A stretch of 64,000 nt of DNA from the IMG/VR virus record IMGVR_UViG_3300033121_001571. One strand, written 5' to 3'. This DNA is from a virus. Its lineage: Duplodnaviria > Caudoviricetes. Each line of letters starts with the position of its first letter. Position 1 is the first letter of the stretch. The position numbers and the translations under genes were made by a program. The notes beneath the pieces were generated by a model. It was not told where the DNA came from. It saw nothing but the letters and a program-made list of their open reading frames with translations, and did not search any database. Of this stretch, positions 17,562-25,856 are shown one piece after another.

Positions 17562-17864
17562 CTATTTTATGGGAGTTAGAAGCCAAGAAGATTTATCGCT
17601 TTTGGAGTGCATAATCATTAACAATTCGTTAGAATCGATCGAAAAACAAAGCAACATATAGGTTGATCTAGCGTAAAAAATATGATCACTCAAATTTCCA
17701 AGATCAACGTAACCAATCACTAGCAACTTCGTGTTTGGTTTAATGATCTTTTTGATGGGTGGAACATGAGCTGTTTTTCTAAAAGTGTTTAACTCATTTA
17801 TGTCATAAGAGATAGTGTCATAATCTTTTAAGATGATTATCTTGCCAAGAAGATTATTTTTCAT
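17562..17864 (-). CDS. Hypothetical protein
   Basis: 100-aa ORF. Confidence 0.5.
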   Translation of the reverse strand: MKNNLLGKIIILKDYDTISYDINELNTFRKTAHVPPIKKIIKPNTKLLVIGYVDLGNLSDHIFYARSTYMLLCFSIDSNELLMIMHSKSDKSSWLLTPIK

Positions 17865-18045
17865 CTTTTCTCACGCCCAAAGTCTCAATAGCTTTTGAGA
17901 CTATATGCACTAACACGTAACTGTTCAAAACGAAAAAGGTTGGATCGTAACTGTCAACTTTCTTTGAAACAAAGAAAGAAAACACTACAACGACCAACCA
18001 CAACACGTCAAAAATTGAACTTGAGTTTTTCATATTCTAAATAAA

Positions 18046-18077
18046 GCAAAAGCTGGCTCAAAAGAGCCAGCTTTTGC
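18046..18077 (-). terminator. Intrinsic terminator downstream of the vWA gene
   Basis: GCAAAAGCTGGCTC-AAAA-GAGCCAGCTTTTGC hairpin 12 nt after the stop. Confidence 0.75.
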
Positions 18078-18089
18078 GCTAAAGATCAC

Positions 18090-19751
18090 TCAGCGCCAAG
18101 CGCCCTTGAGGATCTTGTTTTTGTCAACGCAGATCTGCAACTCAGATGATTCGAAGTTCAACTTGCATCCACTTCCCAGTACCCAACCACGTCGACCACG
18201 GCATGCACCGGGTGCAGGAGCGATACCGTCAGTCATGATCAATAAACCGTCCCACATACCACGGTTAACCGGATCATTAAAGACATTAGTTGGAGCATCG
18301 AAGTCCGTACCTCCCATCTTGTCTCTACGAGGGTTCAACTTCTGCCCTCGCTTCCACTCGTAGACGTCTTTAACGTCCGCGGCACAGTCAAATGGCAGGA
18401 TCGAGATGTTGACTTTCTTAGTCAACGTTGCCAGCTCAGCAAAGAACTGAACGAGCATCTCATCACCAACCGATCCACTCTGATCAATGGCAATCAACAG
18501 CTTTGCGACTCTCGCTCTCTTCATCCCGGGATGAATGTAGGGGAATCGTCTGTTGATTCGTTTGATCGAAGTAGTGCGACCAGCGGGATTCAAGTTCCCA
18601 ACGAACTGTCGCAAGACCATTCGCCAGTCAATCTGATTGCTGACGCTCCTGCGGATTTCATCACGGACAGACGCTGGGATGCTTCCCCATCCGTCAGAAC
18701 TCTGATCTGCCGCAGCGACCGCTGCAGCGACGATCGAGTTGATCTTTGCTTCGATTGCATCACGTTTCTCATCGGGAATGTTGTCCCACACGTCGTGGTT
18801 ATCGAGCGTCTCGATACCGACGTCTTTCAGACCGTAAGGATCGTCGCCAGTGTGACCCTCGTCACAGTCTTCTTCGTGATCACACGGATTTCCTTGCCCG
18901 TGAGTGTGATTGGGATCGTTCTCGTCTCCATTTTCACCCTCACCGTCCGAGCCGTTGTCAGACGGGTTTTCGCCAGGCGAAGAGCCCTTCTCGCCCTTAC
19001 CCTTCTGACCCTTGTCTTTCTGACCCTCGGGCTTGTCGCTCGGATCGTTACCGTTGTCGCCTTGAGTGCCGTCTTTTCCGTCACTCTGAGAGTTCGACGG
19101 ATCACTTTCACTCTGGCTCTGACTTCCCGAGCCAGAACTCTTCTGAGTGATCTTCCCGGGAGGACCAGACATGGGATTGCCACACTTCGAACAGAACTCC
19201 TCCTTCTGCCAGAAGCCGAGAATACTACCGTAGTAGTACTCCGATGCTTCGAGCGTGGGCATCTTTTCAATGTGTTTCGCGAACTTCGTTGCTCCGTTCT
19301 CAGTCTTGGTAGCTTTCCGATCCTTGGGAGGAGTGGGAAGCTTTCCAGGGACAAGAACACAAGAGGGCAGGTGGTTCTTCTCGTTAGAAGTAGCGTTCTT
19401 GTCGAGAATAACGCTGTTGATAGCCAAGTCAGTACTGATGTTCCACGCGACGGGCGGGAACTTTCTACGAGTAGTGAGATGACCGAAAATAGCGTGGTAA
19501 AACTCGTGCTTCACCACACCCACAAGCTCGTTGTCTGACAGACCATCGAGAAACTTGGGATTGTAGTACATGACGAGTTCGTCATCACTCGATTCAAACG
19601 TGATAGCTGCGGTTGGAATGTCGTCTGTGGCAATCTTTCGCGTTCTACGCGAAATCTCAGCCCAGAATGGAGTCTGGAAAATTTCCGACTTGATGATCTT
19701 TCGATCGAGGACCTCTGGGTCCGAGTCGGTTGGTCTAAAGGTTCTTGCCAT
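18090..19751 (-). CDS. HEXXH metallopeptidase-like plus vWA domain protein (DUF2201-like)
   Basis: TAAI...YNPKF...HEFYH..FGH...WNISTDLAIN, a low-complexity G/S/D linker, and vWA MIDAS DQSGS, GGTDF and MTDG. Confidence 0.88.
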   Translation of the reverse strand: MARTFRPTDSDPEVLDRKIIKSEIFQTPFWAEISRRTRKIATDDIPTAAITFESSDDELVMYYNPKFLDGLSDNELVGVVKHEFYHAIFGHLTTRRKFPPVAWNISTDLAINSVILDKNATSNEKNHLPSCVLVPGKLPTPPKDRKATKTENGATKFAKHIEKMPTLEASEYYYGSILGFWQKEEFCSKCGNPMSGPPGKITQKSSGSGSQSQSESDPSNSQSDGKDGTQGDNGNDPSDKPEGQKDKGQKGKGEKGSSPGENPSDNGSDGEGENGDENDPNHTHGQGNPCDHEEDCDEGHTGDDPYGLKDVGIETLDNHDVWDNIPDEKRDAIEAKINSIVAAAVAAADQSSDGWGSIPASVRDEIRRSVSNQIDWRMVLRQFVGNLNPAGRTTSIKRINRRFPYIHPGMKRARVAKLLIAIDQSGSVGDEMLVQFFAELATLTKKVNISILPFDCAADVKDVYEWKRGQKLNPRRDKMGGTDFDAPTNVFNDPVNRGMWDGLLIMTDGIAPAPGACRGRRGWVLGSGCKLNFESSELQICVDKNKILKGAWR

Positions 19752-19844
19752 GGCTGCACTCTATTCTAGGCAAAGATTCTTTGCACTGTGTGCGCTTTCT
19801 CTGACGCACCACACGCCTCCTTTGGACACCGTCTTTGCTCAGTG

Positions 19845-19954
19845 ACTGCTTCAGCCCACCGTGGGCCCACGGTGGGCTTTGTAACGCACTATAACAGTTA
19901 CCCCTTACTAGAAATAAAAAAGCCCACCGTGGGCCCACGGTGGGCTGAAGCAGT
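19845..19954. repeat. Double-palindrome inverted repeat element
   Basis: The perfect 26-bp palindrome AGCCCACCGTGGGCCCACGGTGGGCT occurs at 19853-19878 and 19921-19946, inside ~36-bp inverted arms. Confidence 0.9.
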
Positions 19955-19964
19955 GAGCTGGAAA

Positions 19965-20357
19965 TTATTGATTCAATCTTTCATAGATGTCTTTCATAAG
20001 TTTGAAAGATAACACGCTGATTTCTTTTGAAAGTTGAAAAAGGTACACAAGTTTAGGAACGTGTTTGACTGGAATAAGCAAGCGTTCATAATATGAACTT
20101 TCAGGTATGATTGCTACAGACCCATCATTCAACACAACTGTGAACGTGTTTTGAAACATATCATCTTTGTAAGAGTGATCAATGACCACACACACTGTGT
20201 ATGCTGTACGTTGATCGCTTGGATCACCAAAGTAAACATTCGTGAGATTTTGAAAATTAGAGTGTTTATTTTGCGACACATCAGCAGTGTGTTGCAAAGC
20301 ACAAAGACATTGTACATAAACAAGATCTCCAACTTTTATCTTATATCTGTCTAACAT
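19965..20357 (-). CDS. KOW/SH3-like hypothetical protein (paralog of 20362-20766)
   Basis: MLDRYKIKVGDLVYV versus MLDKYKIKAGDLVWV. Confidence 0.6.
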   Translation of the reverse strand: MLDRYKIKVGDLVYVQCLCALQHTADVSQNKHSNFQNLTNVYFGDPSDQRTAYTVCVVIDHSYKDDMFQNTFTVVLNDGSVAIIPESSYYERLLIPVKHVPKLVYLFQLSKEISVLSFKLMKDIYERLNQ

Positions 20358-20361
20358 TAGA

Positions 20362-20766
20362 TCATCTTTGTGATCTACGTTTTAGTAGATTTTTACATTC
20401 AAATTTTAACGTCTTATAGAGACAACTCAACGTCTGTTCTAAAAGCAGCACGAACACTAACTTGTCTGATATGGGTTCTAACGGCAACAGTGAATTGTCA
20501 AAACGAAATTCATTCACAGAAAGCTTGACACCAGTGCCAGACAACACTAGATCATAGCAACAATTTTCAGGATTTTCATCATCAACGTGTTTGATGATCA
20601 AACACAAAAGATACTTCTCGTGGATTTGAGATGTTTCATTGAAGAACATACAAGATCTTGTGTTCTTAAGAGAAACATTTATGTTATTTTTGAAAAAATC
20701 ACTCAATACAGTGTTGAAATTTACCCAGACAAGATCACCAGCTTTTATCTTGTACTTGTCTAACAT
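20362..20766 (-). CDS. KOW/SH3-like hypothetical protein
   Basis: KIKAGDLVWV N-terminus; tandem paralog of the next gene. Confidence 0.6.
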   Translation of the reverse strand: MLDKYKIKAGDLVWVNFNTVLSDFFKNNINVSLKNTRSCMFFNETSQIHEKYLLCLIIKHVDDENPENCCYDLVLSGTGVKLSVNEFRFDNSLLPLEPISDKLVFVLLLEQTLSCLYKTLKFECKNLLKRRSQR

Positions 20767-21512
20767 TAGAACTCACGTGCCATCCCACGGAAACCACGCG
20801 TTTTTACTTATGTCATATTCTTTTGTTTTGACAAGCCATGAAAAAAGAGAGATAAAGTAAAGTGCTAATTTCACTTGATCGACTTGAAGTACGCTTGTAC
20901 AGTTATGTACCTAGCTTCATAGCGTGGTATTTTACAGTGCTTTACTATCTCAGACATCACAGATTTTGGTGAATACCCTTGTGATATCATCTTTTTTGCA
21001 AAAAGCACAATTGTAGTGTCGTAAATCATTGAAATGTTCTGTTGAACTCTGAAAGAAGAGTGTTTATTTCGTTGTTTAAGGATGTCAGTATTGACATAAT
21101 CTGAGTGCGAGTTTTTGGATCACTTGTCTGTGCGGATAGAGACTGTAATTCGCACTTCAGATTATCTAGCAACCTTATTCCCTTATAGATCCCAGTAGCG
21201 TGGGATCTTTCTTCACTGTGGGAGTACTTCATAGTGAATTTAATTTTGTTCTTTTTACTCGCTTTTTTGAGAAGATCTGAAGATCTTCGTCAGGCGTTGA
21301 CTCTTTGTCTTCTGGTGTTTGAACTTCTGCTTCAATTTGTTGAGACTTCTTTTGAAAGAAGTCTCCGTTCAATACATCGTTCACAACAGAATTCAGAAAA
21401 CAACTTGATTCTAACTGTTCTAAAGTCAGAATCTCATTCTCTTGAAGATAATCTTCTATTGACATATTTCTACGCATTAAGAACTTGCTTAATGGAGTCT
21501 TGTTTTTGTTCA

Positions 21513-21776
21513 TCAAATTTCTTTCAAGAGGTGTAATTTTGTCAGAATTTCTGACACAACAGATTGAAATTTTGGAGACCTAGCAAGCGCTTCTGCTTGT
21601 TCTTTGGTCATACATAAATTATTCGCTGCTGATAGTTCTGATACAAATTTTCTCATAACACGAAGAACATAATTTCTAGCAGAACTGTGGTTCATTTCAA
21701 AACCAATTATTGTCATAGCTTTAGCGATATCTCTATAGTTGACGCCATCATCATCATTTACTGTTGCGTATTTCAT
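21513..21776 (-). CDS. Small helix-turn-helix protein, sigma region-4-like
   Basis: 'GVNYRDIAKAM...MNHSSARNYVLRVMRKF' has the pattern of a sigma 4.2 HTH. Confidence 0.55.
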   Translation of the reverse strand: MKYATVNDDDGVNYRDIAKAMTIIGFEMNHSSARNYVLRVMRKFVSELSAANNLCMTKEQAEALARSPKFQSVVSEILTKLHLLKEI

Positions 21777-22211
21777 CAGTAAATTTTTCTCTTTCTATTT
21801 GTTGACTGTTTGTGAGACACGAATGTTAACTTTGGTAACGGTTGGTTTGTGATATAGATCCAGTCTGGAATTTGACCGTCATACAGACTTGTGAGAATTT
21901 TATTCACAAAATCGCTGTTTGATGGTACAGTAAACAGTGGCTCATCCATGACTGTGCGTCTGTCGTACACGTAGTATGTCATTTTGTCTTCTCAACAAGA
22001 TTTTTACCCGCATTGTTCATATCAATGAATCGTTGCATCAACTGCGCACTCAAGTCTTCTGTCATATCTTTTTTTCTTGGAGAAGTCTGTTCTCTTTTTA
22101 AGAGAGACAACATCTCTGATAGGTTTTTAACATTCATGATTAACACGATGTTTGTCACTAAAGTCGCAGCTGACACAATCATCAAAAACATAAGCATGAA
22201 AATTTCAGTGT

Positions 22212-22904
22212 TCACAGTAAGTTGAACCTTAGCTTTAAGACTGCGAGCTCTTTTGGAGTCAAAGTCTTAAGTGCTGCTGCGATAGTTCTTTCAGCTTCTT
22301 TTGAAACTAACATATCGTATGGATCAGAGTGTTCAGATTCATCAACTAACCGATCTATTTCAGATCTCTTGTCTGGAGATGAATCGCTAAGAGAAACAAC
22401 GTTCTCTTTGATGAGCATAGCAGCTTTTAACACTTTTTCGCTGACGTCAAGAGTAGAAGCAAGTTCCTCAACAGTCGGTTCTTGATCTTCTTCTAAGTGA
22501 AGACGATCTTGAACGTTCTGAGCAGCACGCTTCTGCACGTTATCAGCGTGAGCTGGCAATCTGATCAGACGTTTGTTATTCAACAGGTGTGTACCTATTG
22601 CTTGTCTGATCCACCAGACTGCATAAGTTTTGAATTGAAATCCCTTTGTTGGATCAAATTTTTCAATAGCTTTTAGTAAACCAATATTTCCTTCTTGGAC
22701 TAGGTCGTCCAGAGGAATTCCCTTAGACTTGTACGCCAAAGCAAGTTTATACACTAAACGTAAGTTTGATTTTACAAGTTTATCTCTTGCAGAAGAGACA
22801 TCTTTACCTGATCTAAGCCTAGAAAATAGCTCGTTTGTTTCTTCTTTTGAAAGAACGTTGTTTTTTGAGATAGTTTCAGATAAAAAGCTTTTGATTTTCT
22901 TCAA
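22212..22904 (-). CDS. Phage sigma70-family RNA polymerase sigma factor, ending before region 4.2
   Basis: LSKEE, NLRLV, DLVQEGNIGLLKAIEKFDP.KGFQFKTYAVWWIRQAI, RLIRLPAH, EPTVEELA; ends LTPKELAVLKLRFNLL-stop. Confidence 0.92.
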   Translation of the reverse strand: MKKIKSFLSETISKNNVLSKEETNELFSRLRSGKDVSSARDKLVKSNLRLVYKLALAYKSKGIPLDDLVQEGNIGLLKAIEKFDPTKGFQFKTYAVWWIRQAIGTHLLNNKRLIRLPAHADNVQKRAAQNVQDRLHLEEDQEPTVEELASTLDVSEKVLKAAMLIKENVVSLSDSSPDKRSEIDRLVDESEHSDPYDMLVSKEAERTIAAALKTLTPKELAVLKLRFNLL

Positions 22905-22914
22905 AAGAAAAACC

Positions 22915-23157
22915 TCAGTAGTCTACTTGGTTGTTTTGAAGCCACGTTTTGTGATATTCTGCTCTTTGAGCTCTCATAGAAAGCTCACGTTGAACATAAC
23001 ACAAATACTCTTCAATATCTTTTGACTTTTGTTTTGTCTTATAAGACCGCACGATATCACTCTTCACAGCTTTTTCTTCTGCAAAGAGTTCATCATCAGT
23101 CAGTAATGCGAGGTGTTCAGCCCACGAGATCTCAGTCACAGACTCTGTCTTCTTCAT
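22915..23157 (-). CDS. Hypothetical protein upstream of sigma
   Basis: 80-aa ORF. Confidence 0.55.
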   Translation of the reverse strand: MKKTESVTEISWAEHLALLTDDELFAEEKAVKSDIVRSYKTKQKSKDIEEYLCYVQRELSMRAQRAEYHKTWLQNNQVDY

Positions 23158-23195
23158 CTATTCTATTGTTGATTGAAACGCACTTAATTGTGCAG

Positions 23196-23266
23196 CTGGT
23201 GGACAAGGATTCGAACCTTGATTCAGCGGGTCAAAGCCGCTCGTCCTGCCGTTGAACGATCCACCA
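23196..23266 (-). tRNA. tRNA-Gln(TTG)
   Basis: AGCGG-CTTTGAC-CCGCT. Confidence 0.92.
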
Positions 23267-23302
23267 ATGAATTGTAACAGATGTAAGTTACATCAAACTA
23301 AG

Positions 23303-23370
23303 CGTGCACAGATAGAATCGAACTATCTTCGAGAGTTTTGGAGGCTCTCTCGTCACCTTGACGTGTGCAC
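23303..23370 (-). tRNA. tRNA-Trp(CCA)
   Basis: AGAGC-CTCCAAA-ACTCT with a short D arm. Confidence 0.75.
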
Positions 23371-23375
23371 ATTTG

Positions 23376-23449
23376 TGGATCCGACGAGATTTGAACTCGT
23401 AACCTCCTGAGTGCAAAACAGGCGTTCTCCCAGTTAGAACTACAGACCC
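23376..23449 (-). tRNA. tRNA-Ala(TGC)
   Basis: TTTGCAC anticodon loop; G3:U70. Confidence 0.88.
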
Positions 23450-23450
23450 G

Positions 23451-23522
23451 TAACAGCGGTGGGACTCGAACCCACGACCTCCGGGTTATGAACCCGGCAA
23501 GCTGCCACTGCTCCACGCTGCT
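23451..23522 (-). tRNA. tRNA-fMet(CAT)
   Basis: CCGGG-TTCATAA-CCCGG (three G:C pairs); mismatched 1:72. Confidence 0.88.
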
Positions 23523-23524
23523 AG

Positions 23525-23595
23525 CAGTTCTTGAAGGATTCGAACCTTCATTCTCTGGGTCAGAGCCAGGCGTCCTGCCGTTGGACGAAAGAACT
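23525..23595 (-). tRNA. tRNA-Gln(CTG)
   Basis: CTGG-CTCTGAC-CCAG. Confidence 0.9.
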
Positions 23596-23648
23596 GTGTT
23601 GTTAGTAACTATACACTACTTGTTTCTGTGTACATCATGAAAATCACT

Positions 23649-23724
23649 TGGTGGGTGCGGAGGGAGTCGAACCCGCAACCTACTGGTTAAAAGCCAGCTG
23701 CTCTGCCGATTGAGCTACACACCC
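23649..23724 (-). tRNA. tRNA-Lys(TTT)
   Basis: CTGG-CTTTTAA-CCAG; CCA. Confidence 0.93.
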
Positions 23725-23729
23725 GTTTG

Positions 23730-23806
23730 TCGGTCTGAAGGGATTCGAACCCTTATCTGTCTCCTTAAGAGGGAGCTATGTTAAGTACCATTAACACCAC
23801 AGACCG
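23730..23806 (-). tRNA. tRNA-Lys(CTT)
   Basis: CTCC-CTCTTAA-GGAG. Confidence 0.85.
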
Positions 23807-23810
23807 TTAG

Positions 23811-23882
23811 CTTACGGGGTGGGAATCGAACCCACGTTGGACAAGTTAACAGCTTGTTGCCTGGCCTCTAGGCTACCCGTAA
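23811..23882 (-). tRNA. tRNA-Asn(GTT)
   Basis: ACAAG-CTGTTAA-CTTGT. Confidence 0.9.
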
Positions 23883-23889
23883 ATGATTG

Positions 23890-23969
23890 CTGGCATGACT
23901 GGATTCGAACCAGTATCTTCTTGGTTAACAGCCAAGCGCACTTCCTGCTTTCGTTTGTGCTACACGCCA
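23890..23969 (-). tRNA. tRNA-Asn(GTT), second copy with an enlarged D loop
   Basis: CTTGG-CTGTTAA-CCAAG. Confidence 0.85.
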
Positions 23970-23978
23970 ATGATTAAG

Positions 23979-24050
23979 CGCTTCGTATGGGATTTGAACC
24001 CATCTCACGTGATCGACAGTCACGCAGCATCACCAGATGCTTTACGAAGC
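23979..24050 (-). tRNA. tRNA-Asp(GTC)
   Basis: CGTGA-CTGTCGA-TCACG. Confidence 0.88.
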
Positions 24051-24078
24051 AAAAACACCTCTCTAAATTTTCAATCAG

Positions 24079-24160
24079 TGCAGTGTCTGAGAGTCGAACT
24101 CAGTTGGCCAGCGACAGATGATTTACAGTCATCCCCCGAACCCTACGGGACTACCACTGC
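24079..24160 (-). tRNA. tRNA-Tyr(GTA)
   Basis: GATGA-CTGTAAA-TCATC with a long variable arm. Confidence 0.85.
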
Positions 24161-24330
24161 AGACTCAGGATTTATTTTTTTTTCACCCCGAGTTGATCTC
24201 GAGGTTGACTCGAGATCAAAAGTTCTGCCAATAATCTTGGCAAGCATACGCTTGCTTTTTATTTTTGAACTTGTTATTCATGATCTCTCTCGTAAGTATA
24301 CAACAATGCGTAATTATTTACATAATTTTG

Positions 24331-24403
24331 TGAGCTGAAGAAGAATTGAACTTCACTCAAGATGTTTATCAGACATCTTAGGTCAACCTGACCGTCTCAG
24401 CCC
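24331..24403 (-). tRNA. tRNA-Ile(GAT)
   Basis: GATGT-CTGATAA-ACATC. Confidence 0.8.
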
Positions 24404-24409
24404 ATTCTA

Positions 24410-24438
24410 AGTATAACTACTCTTTGTGAGGTGTTCAC
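24410..24438 (-). promoter_or_regulatory. Promoter of tRNA array 2 (GTGAAC-17-TATACT)
   Basis: Same geometry as the recurrent phage promoter; the -35 box overlaps the TGA stop of ORF 24435-24677. Confidence 0.7.
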
Positions 24439-24673
24439 TCTGCGGTTTTTAAATTCACTAACACTCTGAGCGTGCAATTGCACTGTGACTCAACAACTTT
24501 AGATTCTAACCAAAAAACAACAGTCTCTTTTTTGCACTCTTCGCAAGAACCAGGATGATTTGATATCACTATGAACTGTGTTAATCCTCGAACGTCGAAT
24601 CCTATGTAGAGTTGTCCAACAACTGGTGGAGGTTTTTTATACCAGTTTTCCCACCTGTTGCGGGAATTTTGTT

Positions 24674-24907
24674 TCACGTAGTGTCCTCTTCAGAAGTAGA
24701 AGACACTTCACCCTCTTGTGAACTGTTAGAATTTGTGTCACCAGTCAAGGCTGGATGTGCCATTGGCAGTCCAGCCCTGGGTCTCATTCCCAAGTAATCA
24801 TATGGATCTTGCGGTCTGCCAGGATTATCTGACGGATCTGTGTTTATTTCAAACAGAAACTTTCTGATTTGAGTCTTCAATTCTCTTACAGAGAGAACTA
24901 ACTTCAC
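24674..24907 (-). CDS. Small hypothetical protein with an 'ELKTQIRKFLFE' leader
   Basis: The leader resembles that of ORF 55030 (MKITKKQLVSLIRES). Confidence 0.5.
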   Translation of the reverse strand: MKLVLSVRELKTQIRKFLFEINTDPSDNPGRPQDPYDYLGMRPRAGLPMAHPALTGDTNSNSSQEGEVSSTSEEDTT

Positions 24908-25856
24908 ATACTAAATATTCGTATCTCTTGTCTGAAAAGAAAACACGAACTATTTCCTCCGCTGGACCAGCGTTGATCTTACCTTCATTTAGATCTAACT
25001 CTAGAGTGTTTCTTATATTTTCAAATGCTTTGTACAGTGCCATGCTGTTTGGATGTGTTTTTAGATCTGATACTTCAAATGATTCGATGATCTTTCCCAT
25101 TGTGTATTTGGGCAATTTTTTCATAGCATCAAGTGCTAAGACACGCTCTACTTCAAGTTCAAGTGCATCTGTTGCTTTTTTAAACTTGATTCTCTTGTGT
25201 TCGTGCTTTGTTGTTGTGTCTGCTCTTGACAGAGCAATCAACATACGAAAATTTTCAATTCCTTCGACATCTTTCAACAAACGTCTACAAGATGATTCTG
25301 TCAAATTTTTTGACAACTGCGCAGGTCTCAAGTGATTCAGAACTAAAATTGAGACTGTTTTTCTAAGAGACTCTCTGCCAATAAACAGACCTGACCGATC
25401 GTCCATGTTAGAAACCATGTGATATCCGACGATATCGTGGTTGTGAAACGTCACTCTTCCACGGTTGATTTTTCGTGTCTTTGCTTTGCCAATGTCATGA
25501 CAAAGTGCAGACCAACGCAACTCTAAAGTGTTAGGTGCATTATTTATGACGTGAAGAGTGTGTTGCCACACGTCTTTGTGTAAACCATCAGCATCACCAA
25601 GATTTTTGATAAATTCAAATTCTGGAAGAACTGCACCAAAAAATCCGGACTCCATCAACACGTGAAGTCCATTTATAGGATTCAATGATGTTATGATTTG
25701 ATCGATGTAATCAGTGAAAGCTTTTCTGTCTTTCACCCAAGCTCTAGTGAAATCTTCCCTCGGAAGTCTTATAGGCACATACAACTTATCAGACTTTCGT
25801 TCTGTTGCAACTTTTGTTGCTATATCAAACACATCTTTAACTGTTAACTCAGACAT
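24849..25856 (-). CDS. HD-domain phosphohydrolase related to the C-terminal half of CCA-adding enzyme (no NTase domain)
   Basis: GL..L..SG...VLPE, HKDVWQHTLHV, LRWSALCHDIGK..TR, TFHNHDIVG, NHLR and LSRAD are present; no N-terminal GG..RD..DxD motif. Confidence 0.85.
   Translation of the reverse strand: MSELTVKDVFDIATKVATERKSDKLYVPIRLPREDFTRAWVKDRKAFTDYIDQIITSLNPINGLHVLMESGFFGAVLPEFEFIKNLGDADGLHKDVWQHTLHVINNAPNTLELRWSALCHDIGKAKTRKINRGRVTFHNHDIVGYHMVSNMDDRSGLFIGRESLRKTVSILVLNHLRPAQLSKNLTESSCRRLLKDVEGIENFRMLIALSRADTTTKHEHKRIKFKKATDALELEVERVLALDAMKKLPKYTMGKIIESFEVSDLKTHPNSMALYKAFENIRNTLELDLNEGKINAGPAEEIVRVFFSDKRYEYLVCEVSSLCKRIEDSNQKVSV

Noticed and set aside
18531-19538. 335-aa + strand ORF and other long antisense ORFs (46612-47274, 54384-54941, 55615-56232)
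   Set aside because: These are antisense shadows of GC-biased real genes that have recognisable motifs and promoters.
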